A stretch of 64,000 nucleotides of DNA from Candidatus Eiseniibacteriota bacterium (GTDB lineage: Bacteria; Eisenbacteria; RBG-16-71-46; JABDJR01), in NCBI GenBank assembly GCA_963783375.1, contig CAWANH010000029.1, positions 1,504,001 to 1,568,000 on the forward strand, given 5' to 3'. This document shows, piece after piece, positions 61,234 to 64,000 of the stretch. The notes under the pieces were generated by a model, which had not been told where the DNA came from, ran no database searches, and worked only from the letters and a program-made list of their open reading frames with translations. Positions within the stretch are counted from its first letter, which is position 1, and the number at the start of each line of letters is the position of its first letter. The position numbers and the translations under genes were made by a program.

Positions 61234-62717
61234 CGAACCGCGGGCTCCAGCTCTCCGAGACCGGCGGCATCGATCGCCTCACCCACGATCCGCCGGTGCT
61301 CGGCGGGATCCCCCCACCGGCGCCGTCCCTCCTCGGGGAGGAGATGGATGGGATCGAAGTAGAGGTAGACCTTCTCCGGATCCACGCTCGGGCTGCGGTA
61401 GACGCTCACCCCGGTGGTCCCGTCGTAGTGATCGTAGCTGTGCGCGTCGCGCTTCCCACCCCCGCCGGGCACGTCGGTCACGAAGGTGGGGGTGTTGAAC
61501 CCGGCGGTGGACCCCCGGACGTGGCGCTCCACTTCGAGAGTGTCGGCCAGCCGGGTCCGCAGATCCTCCACTCCCTTCACCATGTCGTGCTGGTAGACGT
61601 AGTAGGGCTGGACGTTGATATGGGAAAGCCGCTTCACCAGCAGGGTCATGGAAACCGGATCGTCGTTCACCCCGCGGATGCAGACGCTCTGGTTCCGCAC
61701 CTTCACCCCGCGCTTGAACAGCACGGTCATGGCCTCACGGGTGATGTCGGTGATCTCGCGGTGGCTGTTGAAGTGGGTGTGGAGCGCCACCTCCTTGGCC
61801 CGTTCCCGTCCGTAGCGGACCACGTCCACCAGGGCGTCGGTCCACGCCTTGTGGGTGAGAATCTTCATCGGCATCACCGCCGGGCCCTTGGTGGCGAAGC
61901 GGAGCCGCCGGATGTGGGGAATCGAGAGCAGGGTGCGGCCGATGTGCTTGAGCCGGGCCGGGGGAAGGTGATAGGCGTCGCCGCCGGAGATCACCACGTC
62001 CTCCACCTCCGGGCGCGAGGCCAGGTAGGCGAACGCCTTCTCCCACTGCTCCACCACCGGCTTGTAGTTCACCTTCTCCACCGTCCCGGTGTCGCCCCCG
62101 ATGGCGTAGCTCCGGGTGCAGAAGCGGCAGTAGACCGGGCAGACGTCGAGGGGCAGGAAGAGCGTCTTGTCCGGATAGCGATGCACCAGGCCCGGGGTCG
62201 GCGAATCGGCCTGCTCGTGAAGCGAGTCCAGGCTGAGCCGGGGGTGGTCCGGGCGCCGGGTCGAGGCCACCGGGATGAACTGGATCCGGAGCGGATCGGT
62301 GTAGGGGTTCTCCCAGTCGATCCGGCTGAGGACGTAGGGGGAGAGCCGCATGTTCATGGGGGCGAGCCGCATTCCCCGCTGCACGTCCTCCAGGAAGTCC
62401 TCGCTCACCAGGTCCTTCAACAACCCGGTGAGGGTCTGCACGTCGGTGACGCTCTGGCGGTTCTGGAACTTGTGGTCCAGGAACTCGCTTCGCGACACCT
62501 TCTCGAAGGCGGGGATACGCTTCCAGAAGTCGCCGGCGTCGAGGCGGCGGTGTTCGAGGTCGTCCTCGACCACCGGGGTCTTCTGGGCTTCGGGCACCTC
62601 GACCCCGGCCAGGGCCTCGAGTTCGGGAATTTGATGAATCTGGTCGAAGAGTTCGCCCACGGTGGTCGAGGGTTCCTCGACGGGCGCGCTCGCGGTCCCC
62701 GGGTTCGGTGTCTGCAT
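61230..62717 (-). CDS. kamA: KamA-family radical SAM aminomutase (lysine 2,3-aminomutase)
   Basis: HRYPDK, CPVYCRFCTR, ISGGD, HTHFN, NQSV, PYY and PGGGGK (PLP lysine). Confidence 0.9.
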   Translation of the reverse strand: MQTPNPGTASAPVEEPSTTVGELFDQIHQIPELEALAGVEVPEAQKTPVVEDDLEHRRLDAGDFWKRIPAFEKVSRSEFLDHKFQNRQSVTDVQTLTGLLKDLVSEDFLEDVQRGMRLAPMNMRLSPYVLSRIDWENPYTDPLRIQFIPVASTRRPDHPRLSLDSLHEQADSPTPGLVHRYPDKTLFLPLDVCPVYCRFCTRSYAIGGDTGTVEKVNYKPVVEQWEKAFAYLASRPEVEDVVISGGDAYHLPPARLKHIGRTLLSIPHIRRLRFATKGPAVMPMKILTHKAWTDALVDVVRYGRERAKEVALHTHFNSHREITDITREAMTVLFKRGVKVRNQSVCIRGVNDDPVSMTLLVKRLSHINVQPYYVYQHDMVKGVEDLRTRLADTLEVERHVRGSTAGFNTPTFVTDVPGGGGKRDAHSYDHYDGTTGVSVYRSPSVDPEKVYLYFDPIHLLPEEGRRRWGDPAEHRRIVGEAIDAAGLGELEPAVR

Positions 62718-62813
62718 CGTCGGTCTCCTCTGTGGTCCAGAATCCCCTTCCCCGGAGGGTCGCCGATCGGGGCTCGAAGGGATTGGGTTGGGTAGGTCTT
62801 CCTCCCAATGGGT

Positions 62814-63341
62814 TCAGCTTGCGGCCGGTGGATCCTCGTCGATGGGCCGCGATTCCAGAATGGGAGCCACGGCCAGGTGGCCCGCCTCCATGAGATCCAC
62901 CACGCGCTCCAGGGAGCGGGCGATCGCCGTCCGCTCGGATTCCGGCAGGGCGCGCAGGGCCTCCGCGAATCTGTCTTGCAGGGGGGAGGGGGCGCGGTCG
63001 GCCAGCCGGCGCCCTTCCTCGGTGAGGGAAACGTGGACGAGACGGCGGTCGCGGACGCCGCGCTCCCGCCGCACCCAGCCCTTTTCCTCGAGGCGGTCGA
63101 GGATTCCCACCACCGTGCTCGGGCTCAGGACGAGGCGCCGGGCGATGGCGGTCGGGGTGAGCGGACCTTCGTCCCGGATTGCGAGAAGGCAGATGAGCTG
63201 GGGCGTGGTGATCCGGTAGGTCGCGGAGAGCTTCCGGGAGTGGATCTCCACCGAGTGGAGGATCCGCCGGAGAGCCCTGAGAATCCGGACATCCTGTCCC
63301 GAGGCTTCCTGCGCCTCGCGCGTGGGGCTTGAATTCTCCAT
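62814..63341 (-). CDS. MarR-family regulator (EctR/CosR-like)
   Basis: ILRALRRI.HSV.IHSRKL...ITTPQL.CL, STVVGILDRLE.KGWV.R and DRR. Confidence 0.88.
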   Translation of the reverse strand: MENSSPTREAQEASGQDVRILRALRRILHSVEIHSRKLSATYRITTPQLICLLAIRDEGPLTPTAIARRLVLSPSTVVGILDRLEEKGWVRRERGVRDRRLVHVSLTEEGRRLADRAPSPLQDRFAEALRALPESERTAIARSLERVVDLMEAGHLAVAPILESRPIDEDPPAAS

Positions 63342-63465
63342 GTCACTTTCCCTCAACGGCTTCCCCGTTTCGACCCACCCGTTCCGAACCGGTGGTTTGG
63401 TCCCAGCGGTCCCGGGAGCGCGGGCCCTCGCCGCGCCCCACCCCTTCAGAAGTGCCTTGGAGCCA

Positions 63466-63500
63466 AGTTGTTCGAGCTGAAATATTTGTACCACGAATGA
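63466..63500 (-). promoter_or_regulatory. Candidate MarR operator or promoter
   Basis: AT-rich; on the minus strand an imperfect palindrome ATTCG-N5-CAAAT is followed by a second similar half-pair. Confidence 0.35.
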
Positions 63501-63631
63501 ATGCTCCCGTCAAGCCCCCGGTCCGCATATCCTCGCACCACCGAAGGTGTTAGGCTCACGGTCCCGGCCTCTGGGGCCGGAGCCGATGGGGATGGGTCCC
63601 ACCGGAGCGCTCCTCGTAGGTGCGGTAGAGC

Positions 63632-64000
63632 ATGAATCCCGCCGGCCATGTCTGGACCATCGCCCCCGATCTCCGCCACCGCGTCCTTCCCCTGCGGCCG
63701 CCGCCCTCCCGGGCGTGGTCGACGGTGCTCGAGGATCCGGACATCGGCCCCGTCCGCCTGACCGGGCGCCTGCGGGACTTCCCCGGAGCGGACACCCTGC
63801 TCGTGGTGGTTCACGGCCTGGGTGGCACCCCCCGACGCCACTACTGCATCCGCGCGGCGCGGGCGGCCGAGCGGGCGGGGTGGTCGAGCCTCCGGCTCGC
63901 CCTGCGCGGGGCGGACCGGCGCGGGGAGGACTTCTACCACGCCGGGCTCACCGCCGATCTCGAGGCGGCCGTCGCCTCCCCGGAGATCGTCCTCTATTCC
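63632..64000 (+). CDS. YheT-like alpha/beta hydrolase (partial, runs off the window)
   Basis: Translated by hand: MNPAGHVWTI...VVVHGLGG...Y...LRG...FYHAGLTAD. Confidence 0.8.
   Translation, partial: MNPAGHVWTIAPDLRHRVLPLRPPPSRAWSTVLEDPDIGPVRLTGRLRDFPGADTLLVVVHGLGGTPRRHYCIRAARAAERAGWSSLRLALRGADRRGEDFYHAGLTADLEAAVASPEIVLYS

Noticed and set aside
585-62717. HDAC/DmpA/ATP-grasp operon as the catabolic partner of ablAB
   Set aside because: Chemically tempting (deacetylase plus beta-peptidase), but the loci are about 55 kb apart and nothing in the sequence links them.

Overview
High-GC bacterial DNA, densely coding (about 45 genes). I found no tRNA, rRNA, CRISPR array or transposase. A T9SS-type C-terminal domain and a C-terminal 'TWGKIK' motif suggest an FCB-group lineage such as Eisenbacteria, Krumholzibacteriota or Latescibacterota (inference). 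Main blocks, left to right: (1) an ATP-grasp ligase fused to a DmpA/P1 peptidase, plus an HDAC-family deacetylase; (2) a large exported PLD-superfamily protein and a decayed DUF5996/cytochrome c region; (3) SWIM-SNF2 helicase and trmB; (4) a cassette of ECF sigma factor, membrane Ser/Thr kinase (DUF4384-like ectodomain), exported TPR-CHAT protease, lipoprotein and S8 protease; (5) a tricarboxylate cluster with an HD-like protein, PrpD, fused homoaconitase, an IDH/IPMDH-family dehydrogenase, a CitD-CitE fusion and CitF, interrupted by otsB; (6) tricorn and M16 proteases and an ABC-2 exporter; (7) a ~290-nt structured intergenic element resembling group IIB intron domains I-II, with no RT ORF or catalytic domain V; (8) a GH57-like enzyme and an AgcS symporter; (9) a MarR-kamA/ablA-ablB-amino-acid ABC operon, probably for N-epsilon-acetyl-beta-lysine synthesis and uptake. 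Several otherwise intact genes carry 1-nt frameshifts in short base runs, most likely sequencing or assembly errors. All family calls come from motif recognition by eye; no database searches were run.
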